Virus record (IMG/VR): IMGVR_UViG_3300034161_000018 | Span: 64,001-128,000 of that record | DNA: 64,000 nucleotides | Origin: a virus | Lineage: Duplodnaviria; Caudoviricetes | Direction: 5' to 3' (one strand) | Shown: positions 18,872 to 26,949 of the stretch, piece after piece | How positions within the stretch are numbered: the stretch's first letter is position 1 | Layout of the letters: the number at the start of each line of letters is the position of its first letter | Notes under the pieces: generated by a model | Databases searched by the model: none | Told to the model about the DNA's origin: nothing | What the model saw: the letters and a program-made list of their open reading frames with translations, nothing else | Position numbers and translations under genes: made by a program

Positions 18872-19307
18872 ACGCTTTCAGGAGTTTTGGCAATTCTTCC
18901 ATTGTTGGCATATATTCACCTTGCGCCAAACAATGGGAAACGCAACCTTTTTGGGATGCGCAACCGTTTACGAAATCTACCCATTTGTTGTCCATTAAAT
19001 CAATGAACTGTTGTGGGCTGCCGCGCTCTTTATAGCGTTGCAGATATTCAGCTTTGCAATTCAGCGCTGGATAAACGATACCGAACGGAATGTCGTTATC
19101 AACCAACGCTTGGCGCACAACATCGTGAGTTGACGCGAGAATGGTGTAACCTTCCGCAATCTTTTCTTTGATGTGCGCAATGTAGTTTTGCGGAAACTCT
19201 GCTTTATCGAATGTGCTGCTATCCGAATCCAGAATCTTCTGGTCGCCGCGATCACGGAAAAGAGTGGATTTTCCAACACCGGGGAAACCGCAGATTACTT
19301 GAGGCAT
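18870..19307 (-). CDS. P-loop nucleotide kinase-like protein
   Basis: Likely start MPQ at 19307 (AAGGA RBS); VICGFPGVGKST Walker A, then ILDSDSS, typical of small phage adenylate-kinase-like proteins. Confidence 0.75.
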   Translation of the reverse strand: MPQVICGFPGVGKSTLFRDRGDQKILDSDSSTFDKAEFPQNYIAHIKEKIAEGYTILASTHDVVRQALVDNDIPFGIVYPALNCKAEYLQRYKERGSPQQFIDLMDNKWVDFVNGCASQKGCVSHCLAQGEYMPTMEELPKLLKA

Positions 19308-19339
19308 GTTGTTATCCTTTGCTAAGCTGAGCAATACTT

Positions 19340-19762
19340 TCATTGAGGTTGAACCTTCGGTTGATTGGAACGCCAATTGATTGCATCGGAAAAACTCACT
19401 TGAGTAACCGGGCAATTAATTGATTCGGCATACGCACCAATATAGGTACGCGATAAACGTTCGACCAAAGCGTCGTGTCCGAAACGTTTTTCGTATTCGT
19501 CGCAGTTGTCTTTAAACGTCTTGTTTGCTTTTTCGCGTTCTTCTCGGTTTCCATGCGCTTGCTGAAATTGCAAGATTCCACGAACACCACGCGTAGGCAT
19601 TGGGTCGTAAATGTCCCGCATCAGACAATCGGCCATGTGAGTGCCGAGTGCAGCGGCGGAAATTTCGGGAGGCTCAGTTGGAGTTGCGATTGCACTCTCC
19701 ATCAATGCCGCAATACCTTTTACCAAATCCTGCTTTTCCATGGGAATATTTTCACTTTCCAC
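19340..19762 (-). CDS. hypothetical protein
   Basis: ORF in a co-directional array; start could be 19762 (GTG) or 19741. Confidence 0.6.
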   Translation of the reverse strand: MESENIPMEKQDLVKGIAALMESAIATPTEPPEISAAALGTHMADCLMRDIYDPMPTRGVRGILQFQQAHGNREEREKANKTFKDNCDEYEKRFGHDALVERLSRTYIGAYAESINCPVTQVSFSDAINWRSNQPKVQPQ

Positions 19763-19783
19763 GTTATTGCGTTTGAGGGAAGA

Positions 19784-19933
19784 CTATTCTTCGCAGCCGA
19801 TGCCTTCACCGACGCCGCTTTCTTCGCGTGGAACAACGTAAGCCATGAGGCCCGGTTGTTTGTAAGTGCCGTTAAACACTGCGCGAATCTCTGCGCGTCT
19901 ACGCATTTTTGCGCGCCACAATACTTCTGCCAT
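19784..19933 (-). CDS. small hypothetical protein (49 aa), not in ORF track
   Basis: GGAG RBS, ATG at 19933, MAEVLWRAKMRRRAEIRAVFNGTYKQPGLMAYVVPREESGVGEGIGCEE; fills the gap between neighbouring genes. Confidence 0.55.
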   Translation of the reverse strand: MAEVLWRAKMRRRAEIRAVFNGTYKQPGLMAYVVPREESGVGEGIGCEE

Positions 19934-19938
19934 TTCGT

Positions 19939-20406
19939 TTACTCCGTTGTTTTACGTTCGGCAATATCGACTTCTTGAACAGAGTCGAACTCGAAAGATA
20001 CAAAGCGTTGCACAACTTGCCCGCTGCTTGCTTCCAGTGCGATTACGGTATTCAGGAATTCTAATTCCGAAAACACGGTATGGCGCACAGGTTCGCCGGA
20101 TTGGTTGTATTGCTGAATGGTCAGCGAACCAAAGTTGTCGTTGAATGCTGCAAACGTGTCGAGGTATTTTTGGTCGCCCAACTGGTCATAGAAACCGAGA
20201 GTAACGCGACCTTTTTTACCTTTTGGCATTTGCACTTGATCGACGCGCACCAATGCCATACGCACAGTGTCGAAGTTTTCCAAACTGTCCAGAAACGCAT
20301 CAGGCAGCGGAAACTTTTCGGAACCGCCCAGTGCGTGCAGATCGAAGTTGTCATTCAACAGCGGGTCTGGCATTGCCAAAACTTCGGCCAATGTGATTTG
20401 CGACAT
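19939..20406 (-). CDS. orphan tail-tube paralog
   Basis: MSQITLAEVLAMPDPLLNDNFDL vs tube MSKVTLTEVLGINDPMLNDNFEL; also YNQSG/FDQTG and VSFEFD/VEFAYD. Confidence 0.75.
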   Translation of the reverse strand: MSQITLAEVLAMPDPLLNDNFDLHALGGSEKFPLPDAFLDSLENFDTVRMALVRVDQVQMPKGKKGRVTLGFYDQLGDQKYLDTFAAFNDNFGSLTIQQYNQSGEPVRHTVFSELEFLNTVIALEASSGQVVQRFVSFEFDSVQEVDIAERKTTE

Positions 20407-20417
20407 TTCGGTTTCCT

Positions 20418-21242
20418 TTAGCGAATCATCAGGGCGCGGGGATCAATCAAATGATCGCCGATTGCAGAAACATACGACGGGTCGCCGTAACCTTCGGTGT
20501 AACCGTTAACGCCGGAACGTTTGCCTTTATTCACCAACAGGCTCAATTCAAAACCTGTAATGTCGTGGCAGATGCGATAACACAAACGACCATCACCCAT
20601 TTGGCGGGTTGGTTGTTGTGGTTTGGTATGCGCGCACGGTTTACCAATTCCGCGACCGGCAGTGTGTCCGCAAATCGAACAGGTGTAGGAAGTGAAATAC
20701 ATTCCCATACTGTACGTGTTTAATTCGCGGTCGATCACGCGCTGAATCAATGCAGGATCGCGAGTGCGGTCAAGCGCTGCCAGTTTTACCAGTTTCACTT
20801 TATTTGGGAAACCGGGAATCGGGCGCAGATACGTGTCGAGAATAATCCCGCGAATCCATTCCGGTTTGTGTTGGTGTTCAACATACATCGGTTTGCCGCA
20901 CCACGTTTTGTACGCGAGGTGGCCTTGTTCCGTGTTGAACTTTGTGAGGTCTTTCAAACCAACCGAATCGCCGTTGGTGTTTGGCACGCCGGAAATCATC
21001 GACGGCACTGGAACCAGAATGTAGTCCCGAATGTCTTTCGACAATTTGTATTCTTCGGCAGCCTGACCGAGCCAAATGTTTGCATCGAGTGTGCGCCCTT
21101 CGCCGCCACTCTGTTCGTCAGTAAGATCGACGGAGCCGTTTTTGTTAACGTGCAATCCGTGCATTTCGGTAACGGTGCCGCCGGTCAATGCCGTGCCAGC
21201 AGGCGTTCCCACGGAAAACGAAAGAGACAATTCTTTTTTCAT
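20418..21242 (-). CDS. prohead (capsid maturation) protease with Zn-ribbon insert
   Basis: PNTNGDS, KPMYVEH, YSMG (catalytic-Ser-like), CSICGH...C.H, ITGFELS...DP; HK97-type protease pattern. Confidence 0.7.
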   Translation of the reverse strand: MKKELSLSFSVGTPAGTALTGGTVTEMHGLHVNKNGSVDLTDEQSGGEGRTLDANIWLGQAAEEYKLSKDIRDYILVPVPSMISGVPNTNGDSVGLKDLTKFNTEQGHLAYKTWCGKPMYVEHQHKPEWIRGIILDTYLRPIPGFPNKVKLVKLAALDRTRDPALIQRVIDRELNTYSMGMYFTSYTCSICGHTAGRGIGKPCAHTKPQQPTRQMGDGRLCYRICHDITGFELSLLVNKGKRSGVNGYTEGYGDPSYVSAIGDHLIDPRALMIR

Positions 21243-21586
21243 TCTGAACCTGCATCGTAATTAGTGCGAATCCACTGGCGCGCAGTGGACATATCCAACG
21301 CTTTCGGATTCACCAACATTGTGTATCCTGAATCGTCGGTTTCAACGTGCGGTTCTGAATCGTGCGGTTTGTCGTGATGTTCAAACGGACTGAAATGCGA
21401 ATGCAGCAAACGCGCTTTCCAAATCGCCAAACCTTGATTGCGACCAGAACTGGCTTCTTGATCCATCTGCGAAGTATCGGCAGCAACCATGCCAATCTTT
21501 TTATCGCCGTCAAGTACCCACAAAACAGAACGTTTCGCCATAGGTAAATGACGTTCATCTGGATCACAGCGGAACGTCAAAGACAT
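21239..21586 (-). CDS. hypothetical protein (115 aa)
   Basis: 4-nt overlap with the protease gene; no motif. Confidence 0.6.
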   Translation of the reverse strand: MSLTFRCDPDERHLPMAKRSVLWVLDGDKKIGMVAADTSQMDQEASSGRNQGLAIWKARLLHSHFSPFEHHDKPHDSEPHVETDDSGYTMLVNPKALDMSTARQWIRTNYDAGSE

Positions 21587-23221
21587 TTATTGTGCCTCGG
21601 TAATCATGAATTGAATTTCTTCACGGTCAAAGCGAACGCCCAGCGTTACCAAACCGCGATCCGTTGCAAAGTGGAAACACTTCTGCCCGTTTTCAATTTC
21701 GATTTCGGGCGCCACGTTACAAACGCGCTCAGTGATTTCCGCCAGTTCTTCGATGTTGACGCGGAACGTTCCGTAGAACATTGCGCCCGGTACGCCAGAC
21801 AACCGGCCTTCCGCAAGTTTTGCAACCGCGTTGAAAACATCCACTGCCAAATCGGAAGCATCGACACTGTTTGCTTTACCAAACATCTTGCCGCTCAGGT
21901 CATTCAGTTCTTCCGGGCTTTGATATTTCAAAACATCGGAAAGCTGATCGAGAATGGTGTTGATTGTTTTGGTATGCTGGTCGCTGAGTTGGAACGGTTC
22001 TTTCGACGCAGCCGTTGTAAACTCGGCGTCTTCCGAATCTTCCTCAGTCCAGTGTTTTTGCTTTTTCGGTTTGCGTGGCTGTACTTCTTTGGACTTGCCG
22101 CCTTTCGCTTTCTTGCGGCCTTCTTTAGCAAAATCTTCTGCGCTGATTTGATCGGATTCTTGATCGTCTTCGTCCGGGGCTTTGTTCCAACCCTTTTCGT
22201 CGTCCCACTCGAAACCCTGTTCGCGCATTTTTTCTTGGTGAATCTTGTTGCCGAGACGGTCAGTGCCGAGCAAAGCTTTTTTACCAACTTTGTCATTGGC
22301 ACCGGGCGTTACGTCTTTTTCGTCGCCGTAGGCCATGCCGTCTTCTTTGTTTTTCTTCTGCTTTTCTTTGTCGTGCATCCACACGTCCCAAAGAATTCGC
22401 GCACTCACAACCGCCAACGGAGCGGCGCCCATTGTCAGAGCCAAAACAGAAGTGCCGAGCAATGCAGCAATTGCCACTTGCGTCAGCACTCGTTTACCGG
22501 CCTGCATATCTTTCGGTTTGAGTTTCCGCGCACCTTGAAAAACCTTGTCCATCGCAGTGAGGCCACGATTAAACAATTGCGGGTGTTCCTGCACACGCTG
22601 ACCAACCACGTCAATGATTTGATTGCGGTTGTTGTCAATGTCACGACTGGCCGTTTGCAGTTGGTGCGGTTTGATATGCTGTAAAGCTTTGATACTGTGC
22701 GGGTTGATTACCGCTGCACTATCGCGATTGATTTCCGCGATTTGTTTTTTCACCGCGCTGTCCTCATGCAGACGAACAGCTTTCACTTCTTTTTCATTCG
22801 GTGCGTGCGGGTCGATAACCGAAAGCGATTTACCCGGCAGTTTGTGCCGATGCAGAACAGGATAGTTTTCACCATCCTTTTTCTTTTGCTGGTCTTCCTT
22901 TTTCTGGATTACAGCAGGCAGCGTATTCGCTTTTTCGTCTTTCTCTTTATCGTCCCGCTTGTGGTACGGCGTCGGGCGCGGATCGGCTTCAAGATGTTCT
23001 TCACCTTTGGCCGGTTTCTCGCTTTTGCTTTCTTTGCCGCTGGACGCCTTGTCGCCTTTTTTCAGATTACTGCCCGCTTTCTCCAGCAGGAAGCGGTGAC
23101 TCGATTTCGGGAACTGTTCCAGATAAGAGTGCTGGCCCTTCTTCGACAGTGCCAGAAATTCCTTCTTGCTCAACTTCTTGTTCTTGGCCGGAGCCAGCGC
23201 GAGAGCTACGAACATGAACAC
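21587..23221 (-). CDS. hypothetical Lys-rich protein with central hydrophobic segment (possible internal virion protein)
   Basis: AAGGTGGG RBS; N-terminal MFMFVALALAP then a basic region; hydrophobic VAIAALLGTSVLALTMGAAPLAVVSA. Confidence 0.65.
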   Translation of the reverse strand: MFMFVALALAPAKNKKLSKKEFLALSKKGQHSYLEQFPKSSHRFLLEKAGSNLKKGDKASSGKESKSEKPAKGEEHLEADPRPTPYHKRDDKEKDEKANTLPAVIQKKEDQQKKKDGENYPVLHRHKLPGKSLSVIDPHAPNEKEVKAVRLHEDSAVKKQIAEINRDSAAVINPHSIKALQHIKPHQLQTASRDIDNNRNQIIDVVGQRVQEHPQLFNRGLTAMDKVFQGARKLKPKDMQAGKRVLTQVAIAALLGTSVLALTMGAAPLAVVSARILWDVWMHDKEKQKKNKEDGMAYGDEKDVTPGANDKVGKKALLGTDRLGNKIHQEKMREQGFEWDDEKGWNKAPDEDDQESDQISAEDFAKEGRKKAKGGKSKEVQPRKPKKQKHWTEEDSEDAEFTTAASKEPFQLSDQHTKTINTILDQLSDVLKYQSPEELNDLSGKMFGKANSVDASDLAVDVFNAVAKLAEGRLSGVPGAMFYGTFRVNIEELAEITERVCNVAPEIEIENGQKCFHFATDRGLVTLGVRFDREEIQFMITEAQ

Positions 23222-24275
23222 CCACCTTTAATGCGTCGTTTAACAGGGACTCAGGAATTTCCCCGGTACATTTCGACAATGCGATTTGGAGATTTTCTTC
23301 GCCAGTTTTTTGTAGCCCGAGTCGCATGTACGCCACAGCCAGCAAATGATACGGCCAGTAGCTGTAATGCTCGTCTTTGAAAACCATAGGCACGTCTGGT
23401 TTTTCGGTAATCCGCAACGCACCACGCAGCATCCCGATGCACTGTTCGTACTCGCCGGTTTCAAAATACAGAAACGCAAGTTCACAGTACGGTTCGCGGG
23501 CTTCGGGGAATTCGTAGATGGCACGGAGTAGAGCGCGTTCGCAGGATTCCAGTTGATTCATTTTGCTCGCAATGTGTGCGATGAACCGGAAACTTTCAGA
23601 ACGGAATTGCGCATATGGTTCAACGTCCACATGCTTGAGGAAAATGTCGGTCGCCATTCCGTACTGTTCGCAGTACATCAGTTCGCGAGCGAAGTATTGC
23701 ATGGAACGTGGGTCTTTCGGATTTTCTTCGTAACCGATGCGGAGCAAATCCAAATAGTGGCCCGCACGTTTTGGTTCACTCGGCAAATGCACAACCGTAA
23801 CCGGCAACGTGTGGTGAATGTCGAAACCTTCCCGCGCAGGCATCAGGATTTCATGCGCTGGATAAGTCCAATAGAAACCACGGCGTTTGTGAATTGCGAA
23901 ACGTGGATAACTACACGTCACGTTCCCGCCTTTATCAAACGAGAAAATCAACGTGTAGTTTGCCGCGTCACCAGTGAAACCGTTTAGCTGTTCACGCCAA
24001 CCGTCAATCAGAATTTCGTCGAAATCGAGGGAAACGCAAAGATCGTAATCCAGCGGGATCAAATCCATTGCCGAATTACGTGCGCTGTCGAAACGGAATT
24101 CTTTGTGTACCGGCCAGATGGTTACGTTGGCGCCGCCTTCCCGCAAAAGTTCTACGGTGTTATCGGTGCTGCCAGTGTCCAGAACGAAAATTCCGTCCGC
24201 GTCTTTCACGGTGTTCAACCAGCGCTTGACGTTGTTTGCTTCGTTTTTGGCAATGGCGTAAACAGCTACTTTCAT
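23067..24275 (-). CDS. glycosyltransferase family 2 with C-terminal TPR repeats
   Basis: VYAIAKNEA...VLDTGSTDNT...FDSARN...SLDFDE (DxD); TPR-like helices (DPRSMQYFARELM, YEFPEAREPYCELA). Confidence 0.9.
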   Translation of the reverse strand: MKVAVYAIAKNEANNVKRWLNTVKDADGIFVLDTGSTDNTVELLREGGANVTIWPVHKEFRFDSARNSAMDLIPLDYDLCVSLDFDEILIDGWREQLNGFTGDAANYTLIFSFDKGGNVTCSYPRFAIHKRRGFYWTYPAHEILMPAREGFDIHHTLPVTVVHLPSEPKRAGHYLDLLRIGYEENPKDPRSMQYFARELMYCEQYGMATDIFLKHVDVEPYAQFRSESFRFIAHIASKMNQLESCERALLRAIYEFPEAREPYCELAFLYFETGEYEQCIGMLRGALRITEKPDVPMVFKDEHYSYWPYHLLAVAYMRLGLQKTGEENLQIALSKCTGEIPESLLNDALKVGVHVRSSRAGSGQEQEVEQEGISGTVEEGPALLSGTVPEIESPLPAGESGQ

Positions 24276-24290
24276 TTTATTGCTCCACGT

Positions 24291-24611
24291 TTACGCAGCT
24301 ACAGGTTTGACCTTGGCTACGCAATCAATGACGGTTTCAATAATGGCAAACGCACCTTCCGGAGTTTTCGCGACCTGCATATCAGTAGGCCACTCCACTC
24401 GATCAAAGTGCGAATCCGCTTTTACTTCTGCGATTTTCCAGCGCTCCCCTACAGCGCTGAGAGTTACAACGACAACCCCGAGTCGGTCGAAAATCACAAC
24501 CGACATTCTTTGCGGCAGGCCGTGTTTTGCGTCGTGTTCGGCCACCGTAATGTTGAGCGTGCCGGAGCGCACTCGGTCTAAACCTTGAACAAGTTCAATT
24601 ACTTCGGGCAT
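24291..24611 (-). CDS. hypothetical protein, paralog of next gene
   Basis: QRMSVVIFDRLGVVVVTL resembles QRIGVTIFGKRGSVGISL of 24599..24976. Confidence 0.6.
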   Translation of the reverse strand: MPEVIELVQGLDRVRSGTLNITVAEHDAKHGLPQRMSVVIFDRLGVVVVTLSAVGERWKIAEVKADSHFDRVEWPTDMQVAKTPEGAFAIIETVIDCVAKVKPVAA

Positions 24612-24976
24612 TGATCGGCCTCGTAAATTGCAATTGCAACACGGGTAATCAGGTTCATCGCATCGAGTTCAGTGCGCGGCACGAAATACGGGAAACTTGG
24701 GAAAGCATTTCCGTATGCGTGGTGCGGGCTGACTTGTACAGCGTAGCGTTTTGCCTTTTCAACTTCTTTCAAGCTGATCCCAACGGAACCGCGCTTTCCG
24801 AAAATCGTCACACCGATACGTTGGTTGCCTTCGGTGAGGGACAAACGCAATTTACCGGCGGCGAAAACAGGCGCCAGATTCAGGCGGCTCTCGAAAGAAA
24901 CATTTTCTTCACCTGCAACCATGTTGGCAACGGTTTCAGCGATGGGAGTTTCTTGGACGACTAATGCTTCGGACAT
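24599..24976 (-). CDS. hypothetical protein
   Basis: Abuts the ligase stop; paralogous to the downstream gene. Confidence 0.6.
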   Translation of the reverse strand: MSEALVVQETPIAETVANMVAGEENVSFESRLNLAPVFAAGKLRLSLTEGNQRIGVTIFGKRGSVGISLKEVEKAKRYAVQVSPHHAYGNAFPSFPYFVPRTELDAMNLITRVAIAIYEADQCPK

Positions 24977-26944
24977 TTACTGCACCTTGTATTTTCGCTT
25001 GAACTTCTCAAGCGTTAAGATTGGGATTTTCTTAACGTCAGCAATTTCCGTTTTGTTGTTGCTGACGCCTTCTTCTTTAATGATTAGCAGAGTTGCTTGG
25101 TTGACTGTGGAAGCTATTTTGCCACCTTGTTGCACAATCCACTTCTGCAAGGCTGCATCACGAACAGAAGTAAACAATACGGCTTGACCTTTCATGGCTG
25201 CGCCGACAACCGCTTCCTTCTTCGTTTCTACAAGTTCGATTCCATTGCGTTCAAGGAATTCGACAAAGGTTTTCAAGTTCGTAGCGATTTGTTTTGCCAG
25301 TTCCTTGAAACCTCTAACGCCGCGAATAGCTTGCTCCAAATCCCTTTCTGGTAAATTAACCCGGTCGAGAATATCTGGAATGGATTCTTCAATTGCGGCC
25401 AATCGGGAAGCCCCGATCTTATCACCGAAAGCAGCGCTGCCTTCTGCGACTTTGCCGAACGTCATGTTTGCTTTCGCTTTATCCAAAGCTGCCACAAGTG
25501 CGGTGGCGCTGGTGCGCTGGAAACCTTCCAGTTGCAGCAAACGTGAAACTTTGACATTGAGAATCTTTTTAACGGTGTCGATCTTGGCGTCCACCAGTTT
25601 CTGGATCGTGCCTTGTTTCAGGCCGTCAACTTCCAGAACGGTGAAGAAGTGCGTCAGTTCTTTCACAACGCGGAGATTGGTTTTGCCAACTACTTTGTCA
25701 TGCACAACGCGCAAATGCACGCCGTCAACAGTGTACGCACCATCTGGTTTCGATGGAGTTTTTGCAGCTTTCTCCACCGCCATGATGTACGGAATAACGT
25801 CGCCGGAACGGATCACCCGAATGGTCGCGCCTTTGTTGATTGGGCGAGGTTCATACGGGATTTGTTTTTTCTTCACCAGTTCCTGTTTGTAACCGTGCTC
25901 GATGTAGAAGTTGTTGTGGCCGGTAAACCATTCGACCATTACGCCACCGATCAAAGTCGGTTCGATCATGATGCGCGGAATCCAGCGACCGTGGCGGCTT
26001 TCTTCCCAAACAACATCTTTCACTTTCACCAACAGCGACGATTCTAGACTGTTGATCTTGAAAGCGTAGGCGTGTGTCGGATTTCCCGACTGCACAACTT
26101 TGTACGGAATGTCGCGAGCAACCACGATTCCGTCAATGTCACGTTTCGCCCCACCGCCTTTGCGCAGATTGTGCAATTGCGTAAGTTTTGCTTCGGTGAG
26201 TTCCGGATACGATTTCCACGGCACAACCATAAACCCAAGCTGTTTCGCGTAGGTCAATTGCTGGCTGATTGGTTTGCCAGCTTTGCTGCCCATGAGGATT
26301 TCGTAAACGACGAATTTGTATCGCGTGATATGCTCGCTCGGTTGGTTACGATTGAGCAGGCCACCGCCGTGATTTCGCGAGGTCGCAAATTCTTCGGCGT
26401 AGTATTTTTGGAATATGGCTTTGTCAGCAGTGAATTCACCACGGACGATAAACTCGCCTTTTTCCGAAATGCGTTGTGGAATGCGCAGCGCGTCCAGCAC
26501 ACCGGAAACGTCTTTACCAATCTTGCCATCGCCGCGAGTAAATGCACGCTGCGGAATGCCATTGGAATAAACGAGTTCCAGACTGATGCCGTCTTCTTTG
26601 TCGCTCACAACGTATGGGCCACCGGCACTCAGGAAAATCGAAATCTGAGTCGCGCCCGGTTTCAGTTTATTGAGACTGCCCATCGGAACAGGGAGCAGGA
26701 CTTTCCCGCCCCCTTTCACTGGCGCACCGATTTTTGGAACTTCACCGCCAGTCATGCCATAACGAGCGGTGTAGTTTTCGGACATAATGTCGTAGGCTTC
26801 ATCGGAAACCGGCGACTCGCCATCGTCGTGATAAGCATCATCCAAACCGTTGAGCAAGTTTTTCAACGCAATCTTTTTCAACCCTTTCGCATAGGCCAAC
26901 GGATCGCGGTGAATCAAACGCAAAGTCTGCTTATCAATTTTCAT
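24977..26944 (-). CDS. ligA: NAD-dependent DNA ligase
   Basis: Ia domain (YH...SPVSDEAYD), PMGSLNK, KEDG adenylation motif, VRGE, DIDGIVV, AFK, VIRSGDVIP, HhH repeats and a C-terminal BRCT-like region. Confidence 0.93.
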   Translation of the reverse strand: MKIDKQTLRLIHRDPLAYAKGLKKIALKNLLNGLDDAYHDDGESPVSDEAYDIMSENYTARYGMTGGEVPKIGAPVKGGGKVLLPVPMGSLNKLKPGATQISIFLSAGGPYVVSDKEDGISLELVYSNGIPQRAFTRGDGKIGKDVSGVLDALRIPQRISEKGEFIVRGEFTADKAIFQKYYAEEFATSRNHGGGLLNRNQPSEHITRYKFVVYEILMGSKAGKPISQQLTYAKQLGFMVVPWKSYPELTEAKLTQLHNLRKGGGAKRDIDGIVVARDIPYKVVQSGNPTHAYAFKINSLESSLLVKVKDVVWEESRHGRWIPRIMIEPTLIGGVMVEWFTGHNNFYIEHGYKQELVKKKQIPYEPRPINKGATIRVIRSGDVIPYIMAVEKAAKTPSKPDGAYTVDGVHLRVVHDKVVGKTNLRVVKELTHFFTVLEVDGLKQGTIQKLVDAKIDTVKKILNVKVSRLLQLEGFQRTSATALVAALDKAKANMTFGKVAEGSAAFGDKIGASRLAAIEESIPDILDRVNLPERDLEQAIRGVRGFKELAKQIATNLKTFVEFLERNGIELVETKKEAVVGAAMKGQAVLFTSVRDAALQKWIVQQGGKIASTVNQATLLIIKEEGVSNNKTEIADVKKIPILTLEKFKRKYKVQ

Positions 26945-26949
26945 GAACC

